From the NCBI GenBank assembly GCA_031409335.1, contig JANNWY010000033.1:1-64000 (forward strand): DNA of 64,000 bases. The letters run 5' to 3'. Numbering within the stretch: the first letter of the stretch is position 1; the number at the start of each line of letters is the position of its first letter. Shown piece after piece: positions 9,401-17,769 of this stretch. This DNA is from Chthoniobacteraceae bacterium. GTDB taxonomy: Bacteria; Verrucomicrobiota; Verrucomicrobiia; Chthoniobacterales; Chthoniobacteraceae. Position numbers and translations under genes: made by a program. The notes under the pieces are model-generated. The model had not been told where the DNA came from and did no database searches. It was given only the letters and a program-made list of their open reading frames with translations.

Positions 9401-12400
9401 GGCGCGGCATCCACGACCGTCACGCTCGGTCCGACCAACGATGCGGCCATCGAAGGCCCCGAAACTGCGATCATCACGATTTCGACCAACGCCGCGTACA
9501 TCCGCGATTTGGCGGAGCAGACCGCGACCGTGACCATCACGGACGACGACGTGCCGGTCGTGAGCGCAAACGCGCTCGACGCTGACGCGAACGAAGCGGG
9601 ACGCGATCCTGGCATGGTGCTCATCACGCGCACCGGCCCGACCACCGCGCCGCTCACGGTTTATTACGGAATCTCTGGTCGCGCACTCCACGGCACGGAT
9701 TACTACGCGCTGCCGGGGCAAATCACGATCCCCATCGGCGCGACGAGTGCGGCGGTGATGATCACGCCTTACGACGACGATATCGGCGAGACCGACCCGG
9801 AGTCGGTGACGTTTAACCTCACGACTTACAACAACGCCTACCAGCTCGGCACAGCGTTCAGCGCGACGGTGAATATCGCGGACAACGACGACAAACCGCT
9901 CGTCAACGTGCGCGCCGGCACCGCGCCGGCCGAGCCAGGAACGGCAGGGACTTTCATCATCCGCAGCACTGGCTCCGCAACTGGAAACATTACGGTGAAC
10001 TACACGCTCAGCGGCACTGCGACAGTCGGCGCCGACTACACCGCACCGAGCGGCAGCGTGACGCTCTCGGCAAACGGATCCGTTGAAACGACGGTGACCA
10101 TTCCCATCCTCAACGACGCCGTCGCCGAGCCGACTGAGACGATCATTTTGCACATCACACCCGGCGCGACTTACAAAGTCCTGAACGACGGCAGCGCCAC
10201 GCTGCGGCTGAAAGATGAGGACGCGGGCGACCGCGTGATGGTCTCCGCTTGGAACGACGGCATGGTTGAAGCCACCACGGCCGATACCGGTAAATTCTAC
10301 TTCTCGCGCGGCGGCACGACCGGCGATCTCGTGGTGAGTTACATCGTGAGCGGCACCGCAACTAACGGCACCGACTACGACCTGCTCAGCGGAACCATCA
10401 CGATTCCCGACACTGCGACCGGCGCAGATCTCATCGTCTCGCCGATCAACGACACGGTGCTCGAAGGCGCGGAAACCGTCACCGTTACCGTCGTCGCGGG
10501 CATTGGCTACGATGCGGACCTTCCGGCCAGCGCGACGCTTTACCTCGCCGATAATGAAACACTGCCCGTGTCGGTCGGGTTTGCCAGCGCGACAGGAGCG
10601 ACGACCGAGGCGCTCGTCGCGGGCAACGACTACCGCGACATCGCCGTGACTCTCGACATCGCGAGCGCCGATTCCGTGACCGTGGAATACACCAGCGGCG
10701 GCGGCACCGCGGCGGGCGACGACATCGACTGGGCCTTCCTCGATGCAGCCAATGGCAATGCACCGATTCCCGGTGGCCTGCTCACATTTGCGCCCGGCGA
10801 ACTGTCGAAAAGTGTCCGCGTGCGCGTGCGCAACGACGGCGTCAGCGAAGGCAATGAAACGGCGATCCTCGATCTGAACAACCCGCGATTTGCCCGAATC
10901 TCCAGCACTCGCGAGAAGCACACCCTCACCATCAGCGACGCCGACGACCTCGCTGCACGCGTGCGCTTTATCGTCTCATCTTCAACCAAGGGCGAAGGCG
11001 ACGGAACCGAGCCGCTGCTCATGGCTGTCATGGACCGGGCGCTCACGACCAGCGCCACGGTGCAATACACTGTCGGCGGCACGGCGACCTCGGGCAGCGA
11101 CTACACACTCGCACCCGGCACGCTCACATTTGCCGCGGGCGAAACCGTGAAGCTGCTGCCTTTCACCATTCTCACGGACGGCGTGCCCGAGCCCGCGGAG
11201 ACCGTCATCGTCACGCTCGCGAGTCCGACCAGCAGCGTGCTCGGCGCGCCTGTCACCCACACGATTACGATTACAGACAGCACTCGTCCGGCGGTTTCCA
11301 TTTCCGGTCCGGTGGATGTCGTCGAAGCCGATGGCTCTGCCAACTATGCCATCACACGCAGCGGCGGGACGACCTTTGCGCTGACCGTTTTACTCACCGC
11401 AAGCGGCACTGCCACCGCGCCGGATGATTACACCGCGCTGCCCGCGAGCGTCACGATTCCCATCGGCGCTTCGAGTGCGCCGCTGTCAGTCACGCTGAAC
11501 AATGACATCGCGGAAGAAACAGACGAAACGCTGACCATCGCCATTTCGCCCGATCCGAACTATGACCTCGGTCCGGTGTCGCAACTAACGACAACCATCG
11601 AAGACGACGACGCGCTGCCGGTGATCACGATCACATCACCGCTGCGCCCCGAAGTCGCAATTCCTGCGGGCAACGGAATCATGCTCGTCGTCGAGGCCAC
11701 CCGCACGACGCCCGCGGGCACGGTGACGGTCCCCGTGACTTGGACGACCCTCAGCGGGCCCGGCACGGTGACTTTTGAAACGGCCACGAGCAGCAGCGTT
11801 GCCGCGTCATTTTCCGCACCGGGTGCATACGTGCTGCAAGCCAGCGCGACCTACGGGACGAACACCGTCACCGAAACGGTGAAAGTGAACGTCGGCCAGA
11901 CACTCACCGCGCAAACCATCGGCACCACGACCGCCGCCGGAACATGGAGCGAGGCGGACACGGTGCCCGGTTCACTCGCGGGTGGTGAAATCACCATCAC
12001 CGGCGCGGGCAGCGGCATCAGCAGCAGCGGCCTGAGCGACGGATTCTATTTCCTCGCCGCGCCGCGCACTGGCGACTTCGACCTCGTCGTCCGCGTCGCG
12101 AGCTTCACGAACCCAGGCGCAAGCGGCTCGTTCCGCCTCGGCCTCATGGCGCGTGCGTCCAGCGCCGCGAACGCGCCCTACGCGATGACGATGCTCAAAG
12201 GCGCGGGCACGCATACTTACCAGGCCCGCCTGACCGTCGGCACCGACCCGTATCAGTCCGACGGCAACACTGTTTATACGATGCCGTATTACCTCCGGCT
12301 CGTCCGCGTGGGGGATAATTTCAGCGCCTACTATGGAGCCGATGGCGTGGCGTGGTCGCAGCGTGGTGCGACGCAGAGCATCGCAGACATGGGCGCGTCG

Positions 12401-13168
12401 CCGCTCGTGGGCCTCGCCATCACGAGCGCCGTCCCCGCCACCGCCTCGACCGCGGTATTCGACAAAGCGAACTTCTATTTGCCCACGAACATCGGCCCGA
12501 ACGTGAACGCCGGTGCCGCCCTCACCGGCGCGGGTCCGTGGAATATCGACGCCACCGTGACCGACGACGCGCGCCCCATTCCCGCGAGCCTCACTCCACT
12601 CTGGCTGCCGGAAAGCAGCGTGACATTTGCCAGCGCCACATCCGTGGATACCGGCGTGACGTTCGATGCCTCCGGCACCTACCGCCTGCGTCTGACCGTC
12701 AGCGACGGAGCCATCACGACCTTCGACGACACAACCGCCACCGTCACCACCGCCCCGCTCCTCGCCTGGCGGCAAACCCACTTCGGCACGACCGCAGGCA
12801 CCGGCGACGCCGCCAACATGGCCGACATGGAAAACGACGGCTGGGTGAACCTCGTCGAGTACGCGCTGCTCTCCGTGCCTACCGAACATGGCAGCGCACC
12901 CTTCAGCATCGCGAGCGCGCCGGGCGCATTCGTCCTCACGCTCTCGCGCGACCCCGCGCGCACCGACGTGACCATCACCATCGAAGCCTGCGACAACCTC
13001 GCCACTGGTCCGTGGACCGCAATCGCGCGCAGCACGAGCGGCGGAGTCTTCACGTCACTCGCTCCCGAAGCCGCCATCGGCGAAACCGGCACGGGTCCCG
13101 TCGCCGTCACGATCACCGTGACCGCGCATCGTTTTTTCCGTATCAAAGTGGAAACGACAACGCCGTAG
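6467..13168 (+). CDS. Large secreted metzincin (M11/gametolysin-like) metallopeptidase with PKD, carboxypeptidase-regulatory-like, multiple Calx-beta domains and a Verrucomicrobia-type C-terminal domain (2233 aa)
   Basis: True start inferred at MKKKLTAVASVAALAIAVF (6467); the ORF extension to 5612 overlaps sdhB. Zinc motif HECGHSIGRNH, downstream EYGNSYDVMG, repeated GTATxGxDY...NDxxxEGxET Calx-beta units, C-terminal WRQTHFG..DGWVNLVEYAL..RFFRI. Confidence 0.85.
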   Translation: MKKKLTAVASVAALAIAVFVSTRPAREAVPVVAVPLVATPVVPEPEPAVVVAPAADFGAEAFVAPPRRADFKKVTAFNDWAKQWKAADAPAREAMRAEGVRLAAERRPEMKALIVRSPRMALDYAVSRVILQDLPEEIVAQLERPVSATGNLNVYRGKPQGAVADGTELTLRYFETTDGKSYKARVSDELESLNSRNAVALRGVAIDRELAVSSNPVRQLEKGERISKTAIVEALCPVSGIATPAPAPEEPVTDETPTVQIGERIIRLCNGTHVRVLEEEYNAMLMASGNAGAGFFKDTHPGTSAEAIGNFRCLYIRITYPDQLKAPNTEDSAHSDMRNVSRFFLENSFGRMTTTSSVTPLITLPHSQAWYIAKDSEVDGLGLVHSHARSEARKLGYDSNQFNCTIVRVNGGPRLSGISWGGGDSVWVSWDGMDVLNHECGHSIGRNHANFWTTSDGSAIGVGSNSEYGNSYDVMGGGGGFAAHYNSKSKRDLGWLNDPYLHRPSDAPSAGGVYRIYAYDQPQLEEGKRYGFRVGKDAQRRFYLEYHPASNTAWANSLLMIIDGLGTNCGHLIDTTPGSPGGKGDGGIQVGRTFSDYESDIHFTVLSKNATTPASLDFSYQRGPFPGNTAPTFTSLIPSATTIAAGGSITFTANATDAQSDTLAYHWEFNDGIYGTSTPTFTRTFPSVDQMTVHCTVSDMKGGIARKHVVVNVGAHGRGVVAGRITDGALPVVGVRVTSDNAKYAFTDSNGDYAVSDLAAGSYTFTTLLTGYTFTESYVSPVTVVANTTVSGRDWTAGSVPELSITATGAAEGGANGSFIITRTGDTTAALDVTVAPVGGTATKTTDYTFSPDYVASGSLYKFTIPAGQASLTVDVAAVNDTAAEGPENVKLQFSVGGYQVRSGGVAEITIADNDTTLPVVKVVSPDFYANESGDNGAFVVTRTGATTGALNVVVAWSGTATNGTDYASQPTTVTIPVGAASTTVTLGPTNDAAIEGPETAIITISTNAAYIRDLAEQTATVTITDDDVPVVSANALDADANEAGRDPGMVLITRTGPTTAPLTVYYGISGRALHGTDYYALPGQITIPIGATSAAVMITPYDDDIGETDPESVTFNLTTYNNAYQLGTAFSATVNIADNDDKPLVNVRAGTAPAEPGTAGTFIIRSTGSATGNITVNYTLSGTATVGADYTAPSGSVTLSANGSVETTVTIPILNDAVAEPTETIILHITPGATYKVLNDGSATLRLKDEDAGDRVMVSAWNDGMVEATTADTGKFYFSRGGTTGDLVVSYIVSGTATNGTDYDLLSGTITIPDTATGADLIVSPINDTVLEGAETVTVTVVAGIGYDADLPASATLYLADNETLPVSVGFASATGATTEALVAGNDYRDIAVTLDIASADSVTVEYTSGGGTAAGDDIDWAFLDAANGNAPIPGGLLTFAPGELSKSVRVRVRNDGVSEGNETAILDLNNPRFARISSTREKHTLTISDADDLAARVRFIVSSSTKGEGDGTEPLLMAVMDRALTTSATVQYTVGGTATSGSDYTLAPGTLTFAAGETVKLLPFTILTDGVPEPAETVIVTLASPTSSVLGAPVTHTITITDSTRPAVSISGPVDVVEADGSANYAITRSGGTTFALTVLLTASGTATAPDDYTALPASVTIPIGASSAPLSVTLNNDIAEETDETLTIAISPDPNYDLGPVSQLTTTIEDDDALPVITITSPLRPEVAIPAGNGIMLVVEATRTTPAGTVTVPVTWTTLSGPGTVTFETATSSSVAASFSAPGAYVLQASATYGTNTVTETVKVNVGQTLTAQTIGTTTAAGTWSEADTVPGSLAGGEITITGAGSGISSSGLSDGFYFLAAPRTGDFDLVVRVASFTNPGASGSFRLGLMARASSAANAPYAMTMLKGAGTHTYQARLTVGTDPYQSDGNTVYTMPYYLRLVRVGDNFSAYYGADGVAWSQRGATQSIADMGASPLVGLAITSAVPATASTAVFDKANFYLPTNIGPNVNAGAALTGAGPWNIDATVTDDARPIPASLTPLWLPESSVTFASATSVDTGVTFDASGTYRLRLTVSDGAITTFDDTTATVTTAPLLAWRQTHFGTTAGTGDAANMADMENDGWVNLVEYALLSVPTEHGSAPFSIASAPGAFVLTLSRDPARTDVTITIEACDNLATGPWTAIARSTSGGVFTSLAPEAAIGETGTGPVAVTITVTAHRFFRIKVETTTP

Positions 13169-13258
13169 CGCGGGATTCCAACCTGCCACACGCGTACCAT
13201 CCGGGGACATGACGCAGGCCGGAGACCCCCGATACCGCAGACGGAACGCCCCCGCTAC
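13165..13258. repeat. Degenerate GTAG-type REP/REPIN overlapping the stop codon of the giant gene
   Basis: GTAGCGCGGGATTCCAACCTGC followed by two degenerate inverted copies, GCAGGCCGGAGACCCCCGATAC and GCAGACGGAACGCCCCCGCTAC. Confidence 0.55.
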
Positions 13259-13287
13259 AATTTCGCCGCGATCGCCGTTCTGTGATC

Positions 13288-13319
13288 TTGCACATATGCA
13301 CGGACTGACCCTTTTTCCC
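13288..13319. repeat. REP-like motif TTGCAC(A/G)TATGCACGGAC(T/C)GACCC, copy 1 of 4
   Basis: Near-identical copies begin at 13288, 16563, 16983 and 17140. This one abuts the stop codon of the PEP-CTERM gene. Confidence 0.85.
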
Positions 13320-14449
13320 TATTCTCCCTGTCTGCGGCGTCTCTTGAGCGGGAACATCCAACCGGCGCCGATCAGCAACAGGGCAGACGAGGGCTCGGGA
13401 ACCGGGACGGGATCGAGGCGAAGCACCTGCCGCTGGCCGTCGATGAAGCCGAAGGCGACTATTTGACCGAGATTGTTGATATTATTGCCATAGCCGGGTT
13501 CGAGTAAGCCGGTTACACCTGATCCGGGCAAGAGAAGGGTGGAAAGGTCATACATCACCCCGTCAGTATAAAGAAAGGCAACGTTGGTAACGTTGTCTCC
13601 CAGGAAGGAATCACCGGTTATATCCCCTGAATCGTTGATGCCATAGGCGATGCTCGACCAGCCGCCAAGTGTGCCGAGGTCGGTCGGCGTCGTCCCGTCC
13701 CACCGCACGGCATGCAGGAAACCTTCAGCGAGGGATGATGCACCTATGATTTGCCCCGAGGCGTTGATGCCAAGGCCGTAACTATACGCGCCTCCGAGCG
13801 TCCCCAGGTCGGTCATGGTCGTGCCATTCCATACGAACGCATGCGAGGAACCGATGTCGGTCACGTTGGAGCTGCCAACAACCGTTCCGGCAGCATTTAT
13901 GGCTTGGGCACCGCTGTTGGGACCGCCGAGAGTGCCAAGGTCGGTCGGCGTCGTCCCAGTCCATCGCACTGCATGACGTGCACTATTACCCGTGAGGGAG
14001 GACACCCCCGCGACCTGACCCGAGTCGTTAATGGCATAACCATAACTATCCGAACCACCAAGGGTGTCGAGGTTGGTTGGCGTCGTGCCCGTCCACCGCA
14101 CCGCGCGGGTCCCCATTGACGTATCGGAATAGCCGGCGATTTGCCCGACGTCATTGATACTAATGCCACGGCTGCTGCCCCCGTCTATGCTGCCAAGATT
14201 GGTCGGAGTTGTATCCGTCCACCGCACCGCGTTGTCACGGATGTGTTGGAAGTAAGGGGCACTGTAATAGCCAGTAACTTCCCCAAAGTCATTGATACCG
14301 AAACCATTCGTTTCGGATGCATTGGGCGCGGTACCAAGAACGGTGACGCTGTATTGCGGAGGGCCTGCATGGACAAGAGTGGGGAGGACAATGAGCGCCA
14401 GCACTCCGGCCAGCGTGATTCCAAGTTTGATCGCGGTGATTGTTTTCAT
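13319..14449 (-). CDS. PEP-CTERM protein with HAF-family extracellular repeats
   Basis: Signal peptide; several GINDxGQ..HAVRWxGTTPTDLGTLGG repeats; C-terminal VPEPSSALLLIGAGWMFPLKRRRR. Confidence 0.92.
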   Translation of the reverse strand: MKTITAIKLGITLAGVLALIVLPTLVHAGPPQYSVTVLGTAPNASETNGFGINDFGEVTGYYSAPYFQHIRDNAVRWTDTTPTNLGSIDGGSSRGISINDVGQIAGYSDTSMGTRAVRWTGTTPTNLDTLGGSDSYGYAINDSGQVAGVSSLTGNSARHAVRWTGTTPTDLGTLGGPNSGAQAINAAGTVVGSSNVTDIGSSHAFVWNGTTMTDLGTLGGAYSYGLGINASGQIIGASSLAEGFLHAVRWDGTTPTDLGTLGGWSSIAYGINDSGDITGDSFLGDNVTNVAFLYTDGVMYDLSTLLLPGSGVTGLLEPGYGNNINNLGQIVAFGFIDGQRQVLRLDPVPVPEPSSALLLIGAGWMFPLKRRRRQGE

Positions 14450-14539
14450 GTTCTGATTCTCCGGTTTGGGGGCAGTGCGTTGCCTCCGGTGACGGGGACG
14501 ACATTTCCACTATTCCGCCAAAAGAACGAATCGCAGGGC

Positions 14540-14657
14540 AAAGGGGTCACAGGGCAAAGGGGTCAGGAGAATAATTGCGCAAGCACACACAAGCAAAGGG
14601 GTCAGCAAGCAAAGGCAAGCAAAGGAAAGCAAAGGGGTCAGGAGAATAATTGCGCAT
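14540..14657. repeat. Cluster of AAAGGGGTCA REP-like repeats
   Basis: Four AAAGGGGTCA copies, two extended identically as AAAGGGGTCAGGAGAATAATTGCGCA, with AGCAAAGG spacers. Confidence 0.8.
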
Positions 14658-14872
14658 GTTTCAACGCTCGCGCCGGCGCATTGGTCAATCGAGAGACGTT
14701 CATGGCACCGCCCATTTGCAGTTCTTCGCCCAGCCACTTCAACGGCACGGCGCACTCCTTTCTCACCGCGCGAGCCAGTTGCACTTTGCGCGGATCGCTC
14801 TTGCGCAGCGCGGCCAGTGCGGCCCGCTCCAACCCCGCTTCCACCAACCCCTCCTCGATAATCGCCTTCGGA
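14638..14872 (-). pseudogene. C-terminal fragment of a REP-associated tyrosine transposase (RAYT)
   Basis: LRKSDPRKVQLARAVRKECAVPLKWLGEELQMGGAMNVSR resembles the helical C-terminal domain of Verrucomicrobia RAYTs; its stop codon lies inside the TGACCCC repeat; no start or catalytic core. Confidence 0.65.
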
Positions 14873-14999
14873 GAAAGGGGTCGCTTCTTGAAACTCGCTC
14901 TTAGCATCGGAAGAAGGCATCTTTTTGAGATCTTTGTTGGCACGTAGATTGTAGCACGGCAAATAGAAAAAGAGCGAGTTTCAAAAAGCGACCCCTTTC
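14873..14999. repeat. REPIN-like element with 30-bp inverted repeats
   Basis: GAAAGGGGTCGCTTCTTGAAACTCGCTCTT (14873-14902) and AAGAGCGAGTTTCAAAAAGCGACCCCTTTC (14970-14999): 29/30 complementary, 67-bp spacer. Confidence 0.88.
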
Positions 15000-15115
15000 C
15001 AGAAGCCGCCATCGGCGAAACCGGAACGAGTCCCATCGCCATCACGATCACCGTGACGAACGCCCCGCACACCCAGCGTTGCTTCCGCGTAAAAGTCGGG
15101 ACGCCCACGCCGTAG
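14999..15115 (+). pseudogene. Short orphan copy of the 3' end of the giant peptidase gene
   Basis: PEAAIGETGTSPIAITITVTNAPHTQRCFRVKVGTPTP*; nearly identical to 16792-16908 and homologous to about 13064-13168. Confidence 0.85.
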
Positions 15116-15150
15116 AAAGGGGTCGCTTGACGGAAGTGCTGTGGCGAGAG

Positions 15151-16539
15151 GGTTGTGTCCGTCAAGGTTCAGCAAAAGGAGTGGGTCAGTGGCCGGTGGA
15201 AGCGGGTGATTTTTAGTTTGGCGGGTTGGTGATTTTGTCTCGGTTCGGGGGGAACATTTAGGCAGCTAGTTGGAGAGAGGGTTTGAGCTGATCGCGCAGC
15301 GGTTGCATGTCGAGGAAGACGGGACCGTCGAGCCATTCCTCGTGCTGCTCGCAGGCCAGCGCGCGGATCAGCCGCAGGCAGCTTGCCTCGTTTGGGAAGA
15401 TACGCACGACATGGGTGCGGCGCTTGAGTTCCTGGTTGAGCCGTTCGAGGAGATTGGTGCTTTTGAGGTGTTTGTGATGCTCGCGCGGGCTGCGGTAAAA
15501 GGTCCAGGTCTCCTCGATGCTTTCTTCGACCCAGGCGCAGAGCTTGGGATGTTTGGCGGCCCATTTTTCGATCCAGGCACGGAGTTGGAGGCGGGCTTCG
15601 GCAACATTGCGCAGGTCGTAGAGCCAGCGCAGTTCGGTCAGGCAGTCGTCGCTGGCCTTGCGCGGGAGGTGGTCGAGCGCATTGCGCAGGAAGTGAACGT
15701 AGCAGCGCTGCCAGGCGGCCTCGGGGAGGACTTCGGCGATGGCCCGCTTGAGCCCGGCGTGATCGTCGCTGATGGCCGTGCGCACGCCGCGCAGGCCACG
15801 CGCCTTGAGCCCGAGGAGGAACTCCCGCCAACTCGTGGCGCTCTCACGCCCGGCCAGTTCGACGCCGATGATGCGCCGTCGTCCTTCCCAGTCGATGCCG
15901 ATGGCGATGAGCACCGCGCGCGAGCGGATGACGCCCTCCTCGCGCACCTTCTCGTAACGGGCATCGACGATGAGATAGGGATACTCGCCCTCCAGCGCCT
16001 GCCGGGCGAAGCGTTCCAGCTCTGCATCGAGCTTCGTGTTGAGTTCGCTGATCGTGCTCGCGCTGAACTCATGTCCGCAGAGTTCCTCGCTGATGGCCTT
16101 GACCTTGCGCGTCGAAACCCCCTGCACATACATCTCCACCAACGCCGCCACGAGTGCCTTCTCGCTGCGCTGATAACGCTCGAAGATCTCCGTGCTGAAA
16201 CGCCCCGCCCGATCCTGCGGCACGCGCAGTTCGAGCGTGCCCACGCGGGTAATGAGTTTGCGCGGGTAGTAGCCGCTGCGGTAGCCCAGCCTCTCGCTGC
16301 TGCGCTCGCCCTTGGCTGCACCCAGGGCATCCTTCATTTCGGCTTCGAGGAACTCCTGCACGGCGATCTGCACGATCGGGCGCAAAATATCCTCCTCTTC
16401 GGCCAACATCGCTTTGAGTTCTTTCACGGATTTGATACTGCTCTTTTGGGTCATGGTTTTCTTTTGGGTTCGGGTTGCTTGCTCGCTCCCGTCCCTACCA
16501 TGACCCGCTTTCTTTTTGCAGAACTCTCAGGACGTAACC
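15151..16539 (-). mobile_element. IS256-family insertion sequence, 1389 bp, with 8-bp target duplication GGCGAGAG
   Basis: Imperfect terminal IRs GGTTGTGTCC..GTTCAGCAAAAGGA / GGTTACGTCC..GTTCTGCAAAAAGA. GGCGAGAG at 15143-15150 and 16540-16547. An uninterrupted copy of the target is at 16932-17011. Confidence 0.95.
15258..16454 (-). CDS. IS256-family DDE transposase
   Basis: YRSGYYPR, LRVPQDR, MYVQGVSTRKV, DARYEKVR, ISDDHAGL, WQRCYVHFLRN, STNLLERLNQE. Confidence 0.96.
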   Translation of the reverse strand: MTQKSSIKSVKELKAMLAEEEDILRPIVQIAVQEFLEAEMKDALGAAKGERSSERLGYRSGYYPRKLITRVGTLELRVPQDRAGRFSTEIFERYQRSEKALVAALVEMYVQGVSTRKVKAISEELCGHEFSASTISELNTKLDAELERFARQALEGEYPYLIVDARYEKVREEGVIRSRAVLIAIGIDWEGRRRIIGVELAGRESATSWREFLLGLKARGLRGVRTAISDDHAGLKRAIAEVLPEAAWQRCYVHFLRNALDHLPRKASDDCLTELRWLYDLRNVAEARLQLRAWIEKWAAKHPKLCAWVEESIEETWTFYRSPREHHKHLKSTNLLERLNQELKRRTHVVRIFPNEASCLRLIRALACEQHEEWLDGPVFLDMQPLRDQLKPSLQLAA

Positions 16540-16593
16540 GGCGAGAGAGCGCAGTCGCCGTCTTGCACATATGCACGGACCGACCCCTTTCCC

Positions 16594-16908
16594 CTGCTCA
16601 CCTCGCCCACCGAACATCATGGCGCACCCTTCACCATCGCCACCGCGCCGGGCGCATTCGTCCTCACCCTCTCGCGCGACCCCGCGCGCACCGACGTGAC
16701 CATCACCATCGAAGCCTGCGACAACCTCGCCACCGGTCCGTGGACCGCAATCGCGCGCAGCACGAGCGGCAGAGTCTTCACATCACTCGCTCCCGAAGCT
16801 GCCATCGGCGAAACCGGCACGAGTCCCGTCGCCGTCACGATCACCGTGACGAACGCCCCGCACACCCAGCGTTGCTTCCGCGTGAAAGTCGGGACGCCCA
16901 CGCCGTAG
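16594..16908 (+). pseudogene. Orphan copy of the last ~100 codons of the giant peptidase gene
   Basis: Aligns with 12866-13168 (APGAFVLTLSRDPARTDVTITIEACDNLATGPWTAIARSTSG identical); no start codon of its own; begins just after GACCCCTTTC and its TAG overlaps GAAAGGGGTC. Confidence 0.88.
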
Positions 16909-16931
16909 AAAGGGGTCGCGTCTTGAGGTTA

Positions 16932-17011
16932 GAAAGGGGTCGCTTGACGGAAGCGCTGTGGCGAGAGAGCGCAGTCGCCGTCTTGCACGTATGCACGGAC
17001 CGACCCCTTTC
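16932..17011. repeat. 80-bp REP-type element with 11-bp terminal inverted repeats
   Basis: GAAAGGGGTCG...CGACCCCTTTC. A second copy is 15115-15150 plus 16548-16591 (split by IS256); a partial diverged copy is at about 17091-17170. Confidence 0.88.
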
Positions 17012-17264
17012 CCGCTCGCTCGCGCGGCGCGATGCCTGCACGGCGGGCGGGCCGCAAACACTTTCGCGGCGGGACGCCGCCACACTTCAACGGAAGCGCG
17101 GTGGCGAGAGAGCGCAGTTCATCCAGAGAAACGGCATTTTTGCACATATGCACGGACTGACCCTTCCCCCCGATGTTAGTGACTTTTTATCCCAAATCGC
17201 CCTTAACTTATTGCCATTCAAAGCTGACCCCGTTCCCTGTTCGAATAACGTCTTGGAATCCCTT

Positions 17265-17507
17265 TTATACGCTCTGCAATCGCATTCGAACTTCAGCGGC
17301 AACAAATGTGCGCGCTTTCAAGACCATTACTGCGCACCAATCTTTTCCATCGACAATTTGCTCAACAGTCGGGTTTTTCTCGCTTCCTGAACTAGCGATT
17401 TCCTTCCATGAAGCATATTTCGGCATTTCAAACGCACGCTGTTCCGCATCGCAAGCCGAAAGGGCTATAACCGAAATTAAACCGAGGGCAAAAAAAATGG
17501 ATTTCAT
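17265..17507 (-). CDS. Small AT-rich lipoprotein, possibly truncated (orphan immunity candidate)
   Basis: MKSIFFALGLISVIALSAC signal with lipobox LSAC; composition much more AT-rich than flanks. Confidence 0.55.
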   Translation of the reverse strand: MKSIFFALGLISVIALSACDAEQRAFEMPKYASWKEIASSGSEKNPTVEQIVDGKDWCAVMVLKARTFVAAEVRMRLQSV

Positions 17508-17571
17508 TTTGGCGCAGGTCAGAAGTCTATTTTTTCCCTTTACCATTAAAAGCAATAACAGGTCTGTCTCT

Positions 17572-17721
17572 TTATTGTTCCCCGCCGCTATAGCTGATCC
17601 CTGTCAATTCCCCCAGCCCATTGTGCGTGTAATTCGCCACCACTCCGCGCGCCCACGTCCGCGTGAGCACCGGACCTTTCGGATCGTACGTGTAAAGTGC
17701 GCCCTTCCCGGCGGCGTCTTT
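17572..17721 (-). pseudogene. RHS/YD-repeat gene fragment
   Basis: Manual translation, absent from the ORF track: KDAAGKGALYTYDPKGPVLTRTWARGVVANYTHNGLGELTGISYSGGEQ*, two YD-repeat-like units. Confidence 0.7.
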
Positions 17722-17769
17722 CTTTAGAATCGAGAATTCCCCTCACGGAGGGCAGGCTATTTCCGGTCG

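Noticed and set aside
6260..10921. Long minus-strand ORFs (670 aa, 567 aa) and similar shadow ORFs across the window
   Set aside because: Antisense to well-supported genes in GC-rich DNA, with no motifs.
12866..16908. Diversity-generating retroelement (VR at gene end, TR downstream)
   Set aside because: Differences are not adenine-specific (many C/G/T third-position changes plus an indel) and no reverse transcriptase is in the window.
13288..17170. CRISPR array from the recurring TGCACATATGCACGGAC repeat
   Set aside because: Spacing is irregular (157 bp to 3.3 kb), intervening DNA is gene fragments, and there are no cas genes.
15270..17390. 706-aa plus-strand ORF
   Set aside because: Antisense shadow of the IS256 transposase running through repeats.
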